Assembly: GCA_015233135.1 (NCBI GenBank)
Contig: JADFYH010000001.1
Coordinates: 27,930-91,929 of the forward strand
Length of the DNA stretch: 64,000 bases
Reading direction: 5' to 3'
Source of the DNA: Deltaproteobacteria bacterium
GTDB lineage: Bacteria; UBA10199; JADFYH01
Of the stretch, positions 36,559 through 46,887 are shown in pieces. A program made the position numbers and the translations under genes. A model generated the notes under the pieces. That model made no database searches. It saw only the letters and a list, made by a program, of their open reading frames with translations, and was not told where the DNA came from. The first letter of the stretch is position 1; every line of letters begins with the position of its first letter.

Positions 36559-39500
36559 ATGTTTCGTTCTTCCAAAAAAACTTTCTTCCTACTCTTACTC
36601 TTCACTCTTCACTCTTCGCTCTTTTCTCCCCTCGCCCAGGCAAGACAGAACTGGTTTGACTCCCTGAAAGATTTTTTCAAACAACAAATTGGTTCTGTGG
36701 ATTTCAATATAAAACCTAACTCGACACAAAATCTCAATCCTGTCCAAAACACCTCTTTCGATCCCAGAATACGATTAAATCCCAACGTTATTTTCGATCC
36801 AAGCCTGTTGAGAGATGGCCCTACTCCCATGGAACCCTTTCGTTTGAATCCCGCTACGGCTTATGATCCTGTCCACCAGCGGTATTTGGTGGTTTGGGAA
36901 CAGAAACCTGCCCTGGATAGCAGTGAAATTCATGCCCAGTATTACAGTCGGGAAGGAGTGGCTCAGGGCACGGACCTGCTCGTCAGTACTGCCCGACCTA
37001 CTCAGGGTTGTTTGTACTCAGGCTTTCATAGCGATCGCCCTAATCTAACCCCGCTCAGCGAAGACAATTGCAAAGAGGCACGCAATCCTTCTGTGGCTTA
37101 TAGCAATGGGAAATTTTTAATCCTCTGGGAACTGGGCGGAACCGCGCCTTATGCCTATAACGCTCACTATATAACTGAAATGCGCGATGGACATTCTGTA
37201 CTCGTCCGTACCGACGAAGCCCCCACGGTGAATGAGGAAGGAAAGGTATTTTCTAACATCATCGCAAAAATGGTAAATGCCGACGACAGCCTAAGCCCTG
37301 CAAACCCCATGGGGCATGATAATAATTGGGATGAAGGCATTTTAATCTCCCAGTTCAACGTCTCGGTCAATCAGGATTATGTCTATAACGCAACCACTCG
37401 CCATTGGGATGCCTTTAACCCTGCAACAGCTACCGATATGGATGTGCAGGCCTGGTGGGTCTCCAAAAATCCAAAGGTTGCCGCTTTAACTCATGCGGGA
37501 GCCAGCGATCCTACGGGCTTTGTGGTGACTTGGGATTCCAACCGGGAATTCACCGATTGCCGCGAACCTATACGCCGCGCTTCCACGGGAGTTTTTGCCC
37601 GTTATATCGATGAAAATTTCCTGGGGCAAATTCCCAGAGGCAGCGCTAATCCCAACAAACCGGTCATCCCCATCAGTCGCGACGTTTCGGGAGATCCCAC
37701 AACCACACCCGATCACCGTTGCAGCGGAGATGTGCAAGAAGCCAAAAAACCCAAATTGGCCGTGGCAGCTTCGAATGATGTCGTGCTGACTTACGAAAGC
37801 ACAACGGCCAGTTTCCCCAACGCAACCGGCACGCCGACGCGCACACCCACTCGCATTGGTCTCAAAAAATTAAGTTTCTCCAATATACAAGGGATGAGCC
37901 ACGAGAATAGCAGCAGCGATTTTGGAATTATCTTTCCTTCGACAGGCACAGAAAATCAGCAAAATCCGGATCTCCTTACTTATCGCAATCAAGTCGTGTT
38001 GGCCTATGATGACGCAAGCTCCATCTATCTTCAAAAATTTAATACCAGTCCTGCTTTATCGGCCACTTGCCCCATGGGGATGCCGACTTGCAGCCCTGTT
38101 CGTCTGGGGATGGAAGGCGATGCCGCGAAAACCAAACCTGTACTCGGAAGCAATTTAAATGGATCGGCCTGCCCCATGGCCCCTGCAGGGATGGAGACGG
38201 CCTGCAGACCCGACACCCTGGGCCTGAGTTATCTGGAAGCGGACAATGTGAAATTAGCCTTCCTGGATGCGGACAGCAATTTCAGCCCCGCTCGTCCCCC
38301 CGTCACTTTATCTTCCGGATCTACGACTAATGTGCCTGGGGCACTCGCCAGCAACGGCGTGGATTTCTTTGGCGCCTGGACGGGTGTTGCCGCTCATCGC
38401 ACCAATATCTTCACGAGCGCCAGCCCCACCTTGGCAGCTCTCGTTGCTCCCACTTTAGTCACACCCAATGTGGATGCCAATTTACCCAGCACCACGGTAG
38501 ATTTTTCCTGGTCGCATCCCGGTGGAACTGGGATTCAATATACCTTACAACTGGCCCCCATGGGATCGACCTTGGCAGATGTTGCCAGTTGTCAAAATGT
38601 CTCCACGACGATGTGTCGAGTCTCTACAGGTCTAAGCTTCGGCCAAAGCTATCAATGGCGTGTCAAAGCAGTAGACAGTCGATATAGAGGACGTGAAATT
38701 TTTTCGACGGAAACCAGAACCTTCAGACTCTCTGTGGATGCCTTACCCGCACCCGTACTAATTTCTCCAGCAGCCGATGCCTCCCTCACCTCGAACAGCG
38801 TTGATTTCTCATGGTCGCATCCCGGCGGAGCTGGCATTCAATACACCTTGCAACTGGGACAGGGGGGCATGCCCGCAACCGATGTCCCTACTTGCCAAAA
38901 CATCACTGCCCTCACTTGCCGTGTGAGTGGACTGACTTTTGGACAGAGCTACCAATGGCGAGTGACCGCTCGCGACAGCACCATGCCTTTGCGCACTTCC
39001 GTTTCTGCCGAAACCCGAAGCTTTAATTTAGCGGTAGAAGTTCTGGCCCCCCCTGTTTTAATCAGCCCTGTCACTACACCCGTGGGCAGCCCTCTCACTT
39101 CCAACGCCATGGACTTCAGTTGGACTCATCCCGGTGGCGCAGGAATTCAATACACCTTGCAGCTTTCTCCCACGGGAATGGATCTGGTGGATGTCCCCAC
39201 TTGTCAAAACATCACTGCCCTCACCTGTCACGTCAGCGGGCTGATGTGGGGACAGACCTATCAATGGCGAGTCACCGCTCGAGACAGCACCATGCCCTTG
39301 CGCACTTCCGTTTCTGCGGAGATGAGAACCTTTACCCTCATCGGTATTTTAGCGGCCCCTATGCTGGTCTCCCCTGATAACGCCGCAACTCTCAGCACAA
39401 ACTCCGTCACCCTGCAATGGGCCGCCATGACACCCAGACCCGGCCTGGTCTACGATGTGTTTGTAGATGACATCACAACAAGCGGCAGCAGCACCCCCTT

Positions 39501-40803
39501 CGCCCGACAAACAGGCCTCAGCGGAAACAGCGCCGCAATCACAGGATTACTCGGCAGTCACGATTATCGCTGGTGGGTAGTGGCAAGAGATTCGACAGCG
39601 ATGAGAATCGAATCGGACATGAGAAGAGATTTTCATGTGAACGATTTGAACCCACCGAGTGCCCCCGGACTCGCCGCCCAACCCGCAAACGGCGTCACCT
39701 GGGCACCCACAAGACTCTACTTAAGCTGGACCGCTTCCACCGATATAGACCCGGGTGATAGCATTACAGGCTACGACGTGTACTTCGTCGAAGGCACAAC
39801 CGTACCCAGCGATGCCTGCCCCTACAAACGCGTCAGCACAAGCACCACCAACTTCATCATCCAAGCCAGCACCGATGGAAGAGCCACGTATGTGCCCGAT
39901 ATGACTGCACCTGCTGGTTTAACCTGCAGCATGACCTCAGGTGGTACACGCCCGATTTATTTACAAGCGCCAGACACAGGCATGACGAGTCGCGCGTACG
40001 CCTGGAAAATCTGTTCAGTAAATAACCATAATTTGAGAAGCTGCAGTGAAGTAAGACAATTTAACACAGATGATAGCGTGGTGGGTTGGTGGAGATTTGA
40101 TGAAAGCCCGACAGGACCTGTTTGCCCAGCCGGCCTAGGCGGAGTTACTGCGCTCGGCGGTGATGTGGGTGAAACGGTATGTGATTATTCAGGGAAGGGA
40201 AATCATGGGGTTCCTCATGGAAGCCCGGTGTGGTTGCCTCCCGTGACGGGAGGTATGGCGGGGGTTTTGGGTGGGGCTTTGCAGTTTGATGGGGTGGATG
40301 ATAAAGTGACGGTGGATAATTCTACACAGTTAAACCCTATCTCATTTTCCATACAATCTAATACTAGGGTTATATTGCCTACAATGGGCGAAGAAGGAGT
40401 AATTGATAAAAGGTTTGGGGGGTATGGATACAATTTAAGATTTTCTGGAAGTTCTTTTCCAATGCAAGTGGAGTTTAGAATAAAATCAGATGGTCCATCG
40501 GAAGATGCTGAAATATCTGGTGGTATAATACGATCTGAACTTTACACTCTCATTGGCACATATAACCATGTCACAAGAACAATTTCTTTATATAAAAACA
40601 ATTCTCTGACAGGAAATCACATAGTGGATGCACCATTCGTGAGAACATCCCCGTCCACCGGGCCTATAGTCATTGGAGAACGTTCATTCACTGGAACTTC
40701 TCCTAGTTCTTTCACCGGGAGCATTGATGAAGTATTATTATATTCTAAATCGCTTATTGGGAGTGAAGCAATTAATAATCTTGAATCTGTTAATTTACCA
40801 TAA
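36559..40803 (+). CDS. Large secreted protein with tandem FN3-like domains and C-terminal LamG/concanavalin-like domain
   Basis: GGGGAGG RBS then MFRSSKKTFFLLLLFTLHSSLFSPLAQA signal peptide. Three near-identical ~100-aa repeats (VDFSWSHPGGxGIQYTLQL...QSYQWRV) and one diverged copy. C-terminal GGALQFDGVDDKVTVDNS LamG-like region. Confidence 0.65.
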   Translation: MFRSSKKTFFLLLLFTLHSSLFSPLAQARQNWFDSLKDFFKQQIGSVDFNIKPNSTQNLNPVQNTSFDPRIRLNPNVIFDPSLLRDGPTPMEPFRLNPATAYDPVHQRYLVVWEQKPALDSSEIHAQYYSREGVAQGTDLLVSTARPTQGCLYSGFHSDRPNLTPLSEDNCKEARNPSVAYSNGKFLILWELGGTAPYAYNAHYITEMRDGHSVLVRTDEAPTVNEEGKVFSNIIAKMVNADDSLSPANPMGHDNNWDEGILISQFNVSVNQDYVYNATTRHWDAFNPATATDMDVQAWWVSKNPKVAALTHAGASDPTGFVVTWDSNREFTDCREPIRRASTGVFARYIDENFLGQIPRGSANPNKPVIPISRDVSGDPTTTPDHRCSGDVQEAKKPKLAVAASNDVVLTYESTTASFPNATGTPTRTPTRIGLKKLSFSNIQGMSHENSSSDFGIIFPSTGTENQQNPDLLTYRNQVVLAYDDASSIYLQKFNTSPALSATCPMGMPTCSPVRLGMEGDAAKTKPVLGSNLNGSACPMAPAGMETACRPDTLGLSYLEADNVKLAFLDADSNFSPARPPVTLSSGSTTNVPGALASNGVDFFGAWTGVAAHRTNIFTSASPTLAALVAPTLVTPNVDANLPSTTVDFSWSHPGGTGIQYTLQLAPMGSTLADVASCQNVSTTMCRVSTGLSFGQSYQWRVKAVDSRYRGREIFSTETRTFRLSVDALPAPVLISPAADASLTSNSVDFSWSHPGGAGIQYTLQLGQGGMPATDVPTCQNITALTCRVSGLTFGQSYQWRVTARDSTMPLRTSVSAETRSFNLAVEVLAPPVLISPVTTPVGSPLTSNAMDFSWTHPGGAGIQYTLQLSPTGMDLVDVPTCQNITALTCHVSGLMWGQTYQWRVTARDSTMPLRTSVSAEMRTFTLIGILAAPMLVSPDNAATLSTNSVTLQWAAMTPRPGLVYDVFVDDITTSGSSTPFARQTGLSGNSAAITGLLGSHDYRWWVVARDSTAMRIESDMRRDFHVNDLNPPSAPGLAAQPANGVTWAPTRLYLSWTASTDIDPGDSITGYDVYFVEGTTVPSDACPYKRVSTSTTNFIIQASTDGRATYVPDMTAPAGLTCSMTSGGTRPIYLQAPDTGMTSRAYAWKICSVNNHNLRSCSEVRQFNTDDSVVGWWRFDESPTGPVCPAGLGGVTALGGDVGETVCDYSGKGNHGVPHGSPVWLPPVTGGMAGVLGGALQFDGVDDKVTVDNSTQLNPISFSIQSNTRVILPTMGEEGVIDKRFGGYGYNLRFSGSSFPMQVEFRIKSDGPSEDAEISGGIIRSELYTLIGTYNHVTRTISLYKNNSLTGNHIVDAPFVRTSPSTGPIVIGERSFTGTSPSSFTGSIDEVLLYSKSLIGSEAINNLESVNLP
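38460..39360. repeat. Three tandem ~310-bp near-identical DNA repeats encoding the FN3-like modules
   Basis: Recurring ttctcatggtcgcatcccggcggagctggcattcaatacaccttgcaactgg and ccatgcctttgcgcacttccgtttctgc segments. Confidence 0.7.
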
Positions 40804-42005
40804 ATATTTAGTTTAAAATAAGTAATAATAGCTGTGATTGGGAACAACCAAAATTGATAATATATAATGTTATTAAACAAGCTAGAAAATAAAACTATTA
40901 TAATAATATAATTTAAAAAGTCAGTTATTATTTCTCTTAAAATAATACCTTTACTCGATAATTGCCTTTTAATTTTAAAATAAAAAAAACTGAAAAATGT
41001 AAAAAAAACTAAAGAAAAAATTAACCCAAAACTTACAAATGTAAGTAATACAGATGAGTCGATTGGTAATGAGAAAGCATCAAAACCAATTCCAAGCACT
41101 GGGTGTTCAAAAAACAGATTAAACCCAAATTGAGCGGAATTCAGCCTAGCCAAAGCCGAACCATCACTATCCATATTCTCTAGCTTTCCTGAAAAATAAA
41201 CCAATTTCTCAGGAAATACCAATGCAGAAAAAATTAAAACCAATAGAGCTGTTCCCGCAATAATAATGTTACCTTTTTTAAATTTAAATAAACTATAAGG
41301 GGATATTTTTTTTAGAAAAAAAGGAATTAAAATTAAAAAGAGAGTTCCAATGCCACTTCTCGATCCAGTCAATAGGATAGTAATTAAGAATATATATACA
41401 ATTAATAGATAAATAATTTTATTTGTTAATTTATATAAATATTTACCTATCAAAACAGGAATACATGCTATTGAAGCGTAATAATTTGGATCAAAATAAG
41501 CAGAAATAAATCTTGCACTATGGGGATCGCCTTCAAAGGCAATTCCATGGGCATTTAAAAACAACCAAAACTCTGCAGAATCCGGAAAATATATATATAT
41601 AACAAGACTGACAAAAAACAATACGATATACGCACATATAATTAAGTTACAAAACTCGACCGAGTTACATTTGTAAGTTTTAAAAAAGAAATACCCTGCA
41701 ATTGTACCCGATAGAAGAATAGATACAACCCTTAGATAATATAATAAGGATGTAATGGAAAAACCATAAGCAGAAGTCCCATACAAATAAGAAATGGACA
41801 AAATAAATAATATTAATAACCAGCTTTTCACTATCTTAATAATTAGTCTTGTATAAAACGAATAGAAAAATAATACTGCATATAATAGGACTTCTGTGAA
41901 TAACAGATTATTACTATGCAAATTAGTCAACGAAAGGTTAACTATTCTTGGCAAATTTCCAATGCTCAGATAAATAAATATGGTTATAAATACGATATAT
42001 CTCAT
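40617..42005 (-). CDS. Polytopic membrane protein, O-antigen polymerase/ligase (Wzy/WaaL)-like
   Basis: About 12 hydrophobic helices, AT-rich island composition. The 3' end (40617-40803) overlaps the convergent large-protein gene, so this tail may be fortuitous read-through. Confidence 0.45.
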   Translation of the reverse strand: MRYIVFITIFIYLSIGNLPRIVNLSLTNLHSNNLLFTEVLLYAVLFFYSFYTRLIIKIVKSWLLILFILSISYLYGTSAYGFSITSLLYYLRVVSILLSGTIAGYFFFKTYKCNSVEFCNLIICAYIVLFFVSLVIYIYFPDSAEFWLFLNAHGIAFEGDPHSARFISAYFDPNYYASIACIPVLIGKYLYKLTNKIIYLLIVYIFLITILLTGSRSGIGTLFLILIPFFLKKISPYSLFKFKKGNIIIAGTALLVLIFSALVFPEKLVYFSGKLENMDSDGSALARLNSAQFGFNLFFEHPVLGIGFDAFSLPIDSSVLLTFVSFGLIFSLVFFTFFSFFYFKIKRQLSSKGIILREIITDFLNYIIIIVLFSSLFNNIIYYQFWLFPITAIITYFKLNIYGKLTDSRLLIASLPISDLEYNNTSSMLPVKELGEVPVNERSPMTIGPVDGDVLTNGASTM

Positions 42006-42062
42006 TTTTTATTATTGTTGAATTATTTCACTTTTGCCTTATTATACACCAAGAGACATGTT

Positions 42063-43142
42063 ATGCAATCTATCGCTATTGACGTTCGGATGATCAATTC
42101 ATCCGGTATTGGCACTTATTTACAAAACCTAATCCCATTAGTCATTTCCAATTATCCAAAGATAATTTTTTATCTCCTTGGCAACAAAGAAAAATTAGAA
42201 AAATATCAAAAATTAAAAAACGTCAATGTAGTTAATTTCAAATCGCCTATATACTCTATTATCGAACAATTTGAGTTTTTTAAAAAAACTCCGGAAAAAG
42301 CATCTCTCTTTTGGTCACCGCACTACAATATACCACTATTTTTTAAAGGTAAATTAATGGTAACGGTACATGATGTTTTTCATTTAGCAATGCCTCAATT
42401 TGTTTCTGGACTGGATAAAAAATTATACGCAAAATTCATGTTAAATGCCGTAAGTAAAAAAGCAGACACTATAATTTTCAATTCCAATTTTACTTCTAAT
42501 GAATGGTCGCGTTTAATGAAAAAAAACAGAGGAAAAACTTGCATTACTTATTTAGGTATTTCGAAACCATTTTTATCAGTTTATAAAAAAAACAACCCGC
42601 ACAATAATCCTTTCTTATTATATGTAGGTAATGTTAAGCCACATAAAAATTTAGCATGCCTCATAAAAGCATTTACCTTAATAATGGATTCAATCCCCCA
42701 TGATTTAGTCATTGTTGGTAAAAAAGATGGCTTTATTACTAATGATAAAAATATAATTCAAGAAACAAGGCTATTGGGAGACAGAATTTTTTTTACAGGT
42801 CAAATTGATGACAATTTGTTAAAACAATATTATGCTCATGCAAGCATAATGGTTCATCCATCACTGTATGAAGGGTTTGGCTTTACACCACTTGAAGCTA
42901 TGGCTACTTCTTGTCCTGTTATAGTTTCTAAAGTTGCTTCATTACCTGAAATTTGCTCTGATGCAGCTTTATACTTTAACCCTTATAACTTTAAAGAGTT
43001 GGCAGATCTAATCATTAATTTATTAAATGACAAAAAGCTTCAGGAAGTAATGCGTGCAAAAGGTTTGGAACAAGCAAAAAAGTTCACTTGGGAACAAACC
43101 TTAAAAGAAACGTGCCAAGTGATTGACAGATTATTGCAATAA
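42063..43142 (+). CDS. Glycosyltransferase family 1 (GT4-type)
   Basis: C-terminal [13 protein letters not shown]-x7-E motif; start set at MQSIAID. Confidence 0.8.
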   Translation: MQSIAIDVRMINSSGIGTYLQNLIPLVISNYPKIIFYLLGNKEKLEKYQKLKNVNVVNFKSPIYSIIEQFEFFKKTPEKASLFWSPHYNIPLFFKGKLMVTVHDVFHLAMPQFVSGLDKKLYAKFMLNAVSKKADTIIFNSNFTSNEWSRLMKKNRGKTCITYLGISKPFLSVYKKNNPHNNPFLLYVGNVKPHKNLACLIKAFTLIMDSIPHDLVIVGKKDGFITNDKNIIQETRLLGDRIFFTGQIDDNLLKQYYAHASIMVHPSLYEGFGFTPLEAMATSCPVIVSKVASLPEICSDAALYFNPYNFKELADLIINLLNDKKLQEVMRAKGLEQAKKFTWEQTLKETCQVIDRLLQ

Positions 43143-43175
43143 TTTAAAGTTCTGTTAGAAAGAATTTAACAATAA

Positions 43176-44096
43176 ATGGGTACCATTCCTCAAACCAACA
43201 TAGAAAAAAATATTTTTATAACTGGTGCTTCAGGCTTTATTGGATTGTCACTTCTACAACTTTTAAAAGAACAACAGTGCTATAATGTAAAAGCATTAGT
43301 AAGAAAATCTTCAAATATAAAATTATTACATAATAATATTGAATATACGTATGGTGATATTCGTAATTTTGATGAATTACAGAACTCTCTTAACGGCGTA
43401 GATATAGTTATTCATTTAGCAGCTTGTAAGGCAGATGAAAAAGAAAGTTATAACGTAAATGTTGAGGGTGCTAAAAACTTAATAAAAGCTTGTAAAATAA
43501 ATGGTGTTCAAAAAATTATTAATGTTAGCACTCAATCTGCTCTTTTTAAAAAGAGAGGCATTTATGGTGAAACAAAGTTACAAGCTGATAAGTTATTCGA
43601 AGCATCTGGTTTAAATGTTGTTACTCTATATCCAAGTCTTGTTTATGGCTCAGATAAAACTGGAGTATTCTTAAAACTCATTAAACAAATATCAAGTCTA
43701 CCTTTTATTCCTATTCTTGGGAATGGGAAGACTATTTTCCAACCCATATATGTTGAAGATATATCAAAAGTAATTTTATCTTGTATGATTCATGGGCCCT
43801 TAAAAAATTACTATGAGGTTGGTAGCGCCACACCTTTCACCTATGATGAAATTATTGATAAGCTACAAGCACATCTTTGCTTATCTAAGATAAAAGTTCA
43901 TATCCCTTGGTTTTTAGGCTATTATGCCGCCCGTTTAATGAATATATTTTCACCTTCTCCTGCCGTTACCGTAAGTAACACACTTGGTTTATGTTCTAAA
44001 AATATTCGATCATTTGACATACAGCCTATTTTAACAGATTTAAACGTAAAACCTTTGTCTTTCGAAAAAGGCTTAAAAATTATTTTTAAAAATTAA
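43176..44096 (+). CDS. NAD-dependent epimerase/dehydratase (extended SDR)
   Basis: ITGASGFIG Rossmann motif, YxxxK region. Confidence 0.75.
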   Translation: MGTIPQTNIEKNIFITGASGFIGLSLLQLLKEQQCYNVKALVRKSSNIKLLHNNIEYTYGDIRNFDELQNSLNGVDIVIHLAACKADEKESYNVNVEGAKNLIKACKINGVQKIINVSTQSALFKKRGIYGETKLQADKLFEASGLNVVTLYPSLVYGSDKTGVFLKLIKQISSLPFIPILGNGKTIFQPIYVEDISKVILSCMIHGPLKNYYEVGSATPFTYDEIIDKLQAHLCLSKIKVHIPWFLGYYAARLMNIFSPSPAVTVSNTLGLCSKNIRSFDIQPILTDLNVKPLSFEKGLKIIFKN

Positions 44097-44112
44097 TTAA
44101 CAGGGGAAACTT

Positions 44113-45693
44113 ATGTTTATAATTGTGGGCTCTGGTCCGTCTGGAGTTGCTTGCGCCTTAGGCTTATTAGAAATGAATAAAAATGTACTAATGATTGACG
44201 TGGGTATTTCTTTAGAAAATGAAAAAAAAACATTGGTTAAGAAAATGTCATCTTTAAATAAAAATGCATGGCAACCTGAATGGTTAGATTCTTTTAAAGA
44301 AAAACAAAAAACCAGTATTAAAGGAATAAATAAAAAAAATGTATATGGGTCAGATTTTCCTTACCGATTAAACTCTTCTTTAAATAACACAATATTTAAA
44401 AACGCCACTGGTTATATTTCTAATGCTGAGGGGGGCTTAAGTAATGTTTGGGGAGGGGCAATATTACCATACACTTCTCGAGACACTCAGAGTTGGCCAT
44501 TTCATATCTCTAGATTAAACCCACACTATAATTCATTACTATCTTATATAGATTACTCTCATGAAGGTGATAATTTTCTGGATATGTTTGATTTTAAATT
44601 TCAAAAATCTGAATCCAGCCTAAAACTAAGTCAACAAGCGCAGTGTTGCGTAGATTGTTTAAATAAATATAAAAAACAACTTTTAGATACGGGGATTATA
44701 TTCTCTAAAGCTACATTAGCTACTAAAGTAAGTAGTGATTCTAAAAATGGATGCATTTATTGTGGTTTATGCCTACATGGATGTCCCTACGGATATATTT
44801 ATAATTCCTTTTCAACTATTGAGATTTTAAAGAAAAATAAAAACTTTAAATTTTTAAAAGGACTATGCGTCCAATCAATAATAGAGAATAATAATCAAGT
44901 CGTAATTTCGGCTTTAACAGAAGAAGGAAAGATAAAAGAATTATCCGCAGAACGAGTTTATTTAGCCTGCGGCCCTTTAGCAACGGCTAAAGTTATCCTT
45001 ACATCACAAGGGAGAGTTAATGAACCAATAATAATGAAAGATTCACAATATTTTCTATTACCTATTACATTTTCAAAAATTATAAGAAATGTTCATAATG
45101 AAGAATTGTATACTCTAGCTCAATTATTCATTGAATTATACGATTCGAAAATTAGCCCACATAACATACACCTACAACTTTATTCTTATAACGATTTAAT
45201 ATCTGATTTTTTTGAAAAGAAAGTTCCTTTTTCTAGGTGGCTAAAATCTATTAAAGAAATATTAATCTCCAGAATTGGGATTATACAAGGTTATTTACAC
45301 TCAGATGACTCGTCTCATATTGAGGTATCTTTAAAAAAACATCATAAATTAACAAATTTGTATATAAATGGTTTCATTTCACCTAACCCTAAAAAAGTTA
45401 TTAAGAAACTTATTTACAAAGTTAAACAAAATAAAGTTATGTTAGGCTTTAATCCAATCCAAACACTGTTAAGCATTGGTCTTCCTGGGCAAGGTTGGCA
45501 CACTGGCTCCACTTTCCCAATGAAAGAAATAACTCTCAATCTTAACGAAAGTGACATTTATGGCAGACCGCACGAGTATAAAAGAACGCACATCGTTGAT
45601 TCATCGGTACTCCCTTCTATTCCAGCAACTACAATCACCTTTTCGGTAATGGCAAATGCACACCGAATTGCTATAGAATCATCAAATTTATAA
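44113..45693 (+). CDS. FAD-dependent oxidoreductase, GMC-like
   Basis: N-terminal IIVGSGPSGVACA dinucleotide-binding motif; C-terminal HIVDSSVLPS...ANAHRIA GMC-type motif. Confidence 0.55.
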   Translation: MFIIVGSGPSGVACALGLLEMNKNVLMIDVGISLENEKKTLVKKMSSLNKNAWQPEWLDSFKEKQKTSIKGINKKNVYGSDFPYRLNSSLNNTIFKNATGYISNAEGGLSNVWGGAILPYTSRDTQSWPFHISRLNPHYNSLLSYIDYSHEGDNFLDMFDFKFQKSESSLKLSQQAQCCVDCLNKYKKQLLDTGIIFSKATLATKVSSDSKNGCIYCGLCLHGCPYGYIYNSFSTIEILKKNKNFKFLKGLCVQSIIENNNQVVISALTEEGKIKELSAERVYLACGPLATAKVILTSQGRVNEPIIMKDSQYFLLPITFSKIIRNVHNEELYTLAQLFIELYDSKISPHNIHLQLYSYNDLISDFFEKKVPFSRWLKSIKEILISRIGIIQGYLHSDDSSHIEVSLKKHHKLTNLYINGFISPNPKKVIKKLIYKVKQNKVMLGFNPIQTLLSIGLPGQGWHTGSTFPMKEITLNLNESDIYGRPHEYKRTHIVDSSVLPSIPATTITFSVMANAHRIAIESSNL

Positions 45694-45711
45694 TAATATC
45701 ACGAGTCAAAC

Positions 45712-46887
45712 TTATTTATGCGGCAATTTTAATACATTAATAAAGAAACTACCAAATATAATTTGAAAACCGAGTGCCAACATCATTGCCGCAGGAATTA
45801 CCATTCGAAGACTGTCTGGATATGAAATAATCCCAAACTTATAATGCTTCCAATAAAGTATACTTTTAACTAACAGTGCAAATCCAATTACCACAAAAGA
45901 CAATCCAGTTAAAATTCCTATTTCAAGATTTGAAAAAATATCGATATATTTAGTATTAACTTCATTAGGCAGTAGGCCGACAGATTTAGTAAAAATTTTT
46001 GTAAAAAATGAAAAATAGATAAGTTGAAAACCGATAATCATAGAGATAGATGAAAAGAGAAGAGTATTAGTATCCAAAACAACTTCACCTAAATGTATTG
46101 GGCTCTTTAATAACAATAATGTTAAAAACAGCCCTATAATAACAAGTAAAATTCCTGGAGTTAAAAAAAGCCACTTCGGACTGAAAAGTAACATAAATCT
46201 TAAATGCCTCCACCCATCTCTCCAACTTCTAAGATGAGGGGGTCTATCTCTACCATCCTTATACAAAGTAATTGGAGTTTGAGAGATTTTCATTTTTAAA
46301 AGAGTAGCTTTAATAACCATTTCAGAAGCAAATTCCATACCTGTTGTTTTTAAATTCATTTCATCAAATGCAGATTTATGAAAACCTCTAAGCCCACAAT
46401 GAAAATCGACAACATTAGATTTGAAAAAAATTCTACCAATTGTACTCAAAATAGGATTTCCAATCCATCTGTGTTTCCAAGGCATAGCACCCGGCATTAT
46501 TTTTCCACCGCCTCTTGGCATACGACACCCCATTACCAACTGATTCCCTTTTCTTAACTCTTCCACGATAGGGTAGATAGAACTAAAATCATAACTGTCA
46601 TCCGCATCTCCCATGATAATTAAAGATCCATTGGCAACAGCGATACCACCCATAAGTGCTGCGCCATACCCTTTTTGTTTAACATCAACAACTTTTGCAC
46701 CTAATTGTCTGGCGAGTTTTTGAGACCCATCAGTACTACCATTGTCTGCAATGATAATTTCACCTTGAATTTTATTTTTTTGTAAAGCAATTTTGGCCTT
46801 TTCTATACAAGGAGCCAGAGTCATGACCTCGTTCAAACAAGGCAACACAATCGATAATTCTAAATTTGATTCATTTGATGTCTGCAT
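45712..46887 (-). CDS. GT2 polyprenyl-phosphate glycosyltransferase (GtrB/ArnC-like) with C-terminal TM helices
   Basis: LSIVLPCLNE, ADNGSTDGS, MGDADDSYD (DxD); two to four C-terminal hydrophobic helices. Confidence 0.75.
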   Translation of the reverse strand: MQTSNESNLELSIVLPCLNEVMTLAPCIEKAKIALQKNKIQGEIIIADNGSTDGSQKLARQLGAKVVDVKQKGYGAALMGGIAVANGSLIIMGDADDSYDFSSIYPIVEELRKGNQLVMGCRMPRGGGKIMPGAMPWKHRWIGNPILSTIGRIFFKSNVVDFHCGLRGFHKSAFDEMNLKTTGMEFASEMVIKATLLKMKISQTPITLYKDGRDRPPHLRSWRDGWRHLRFMLLFSPKWLFLTPGILLVIIGLFLTLLLLKSPIHLGEVVLDTNTLLFSSISMIIGFQLIYFSFFTKIFTKSVGLLPNEVNTKYIDIFSNLEIGILTGLSFVVIGFALLVKSILYWKHYKFGIISYPDSLRMVIPAAMMLALGFQIIFGSFFINVLKLPHK

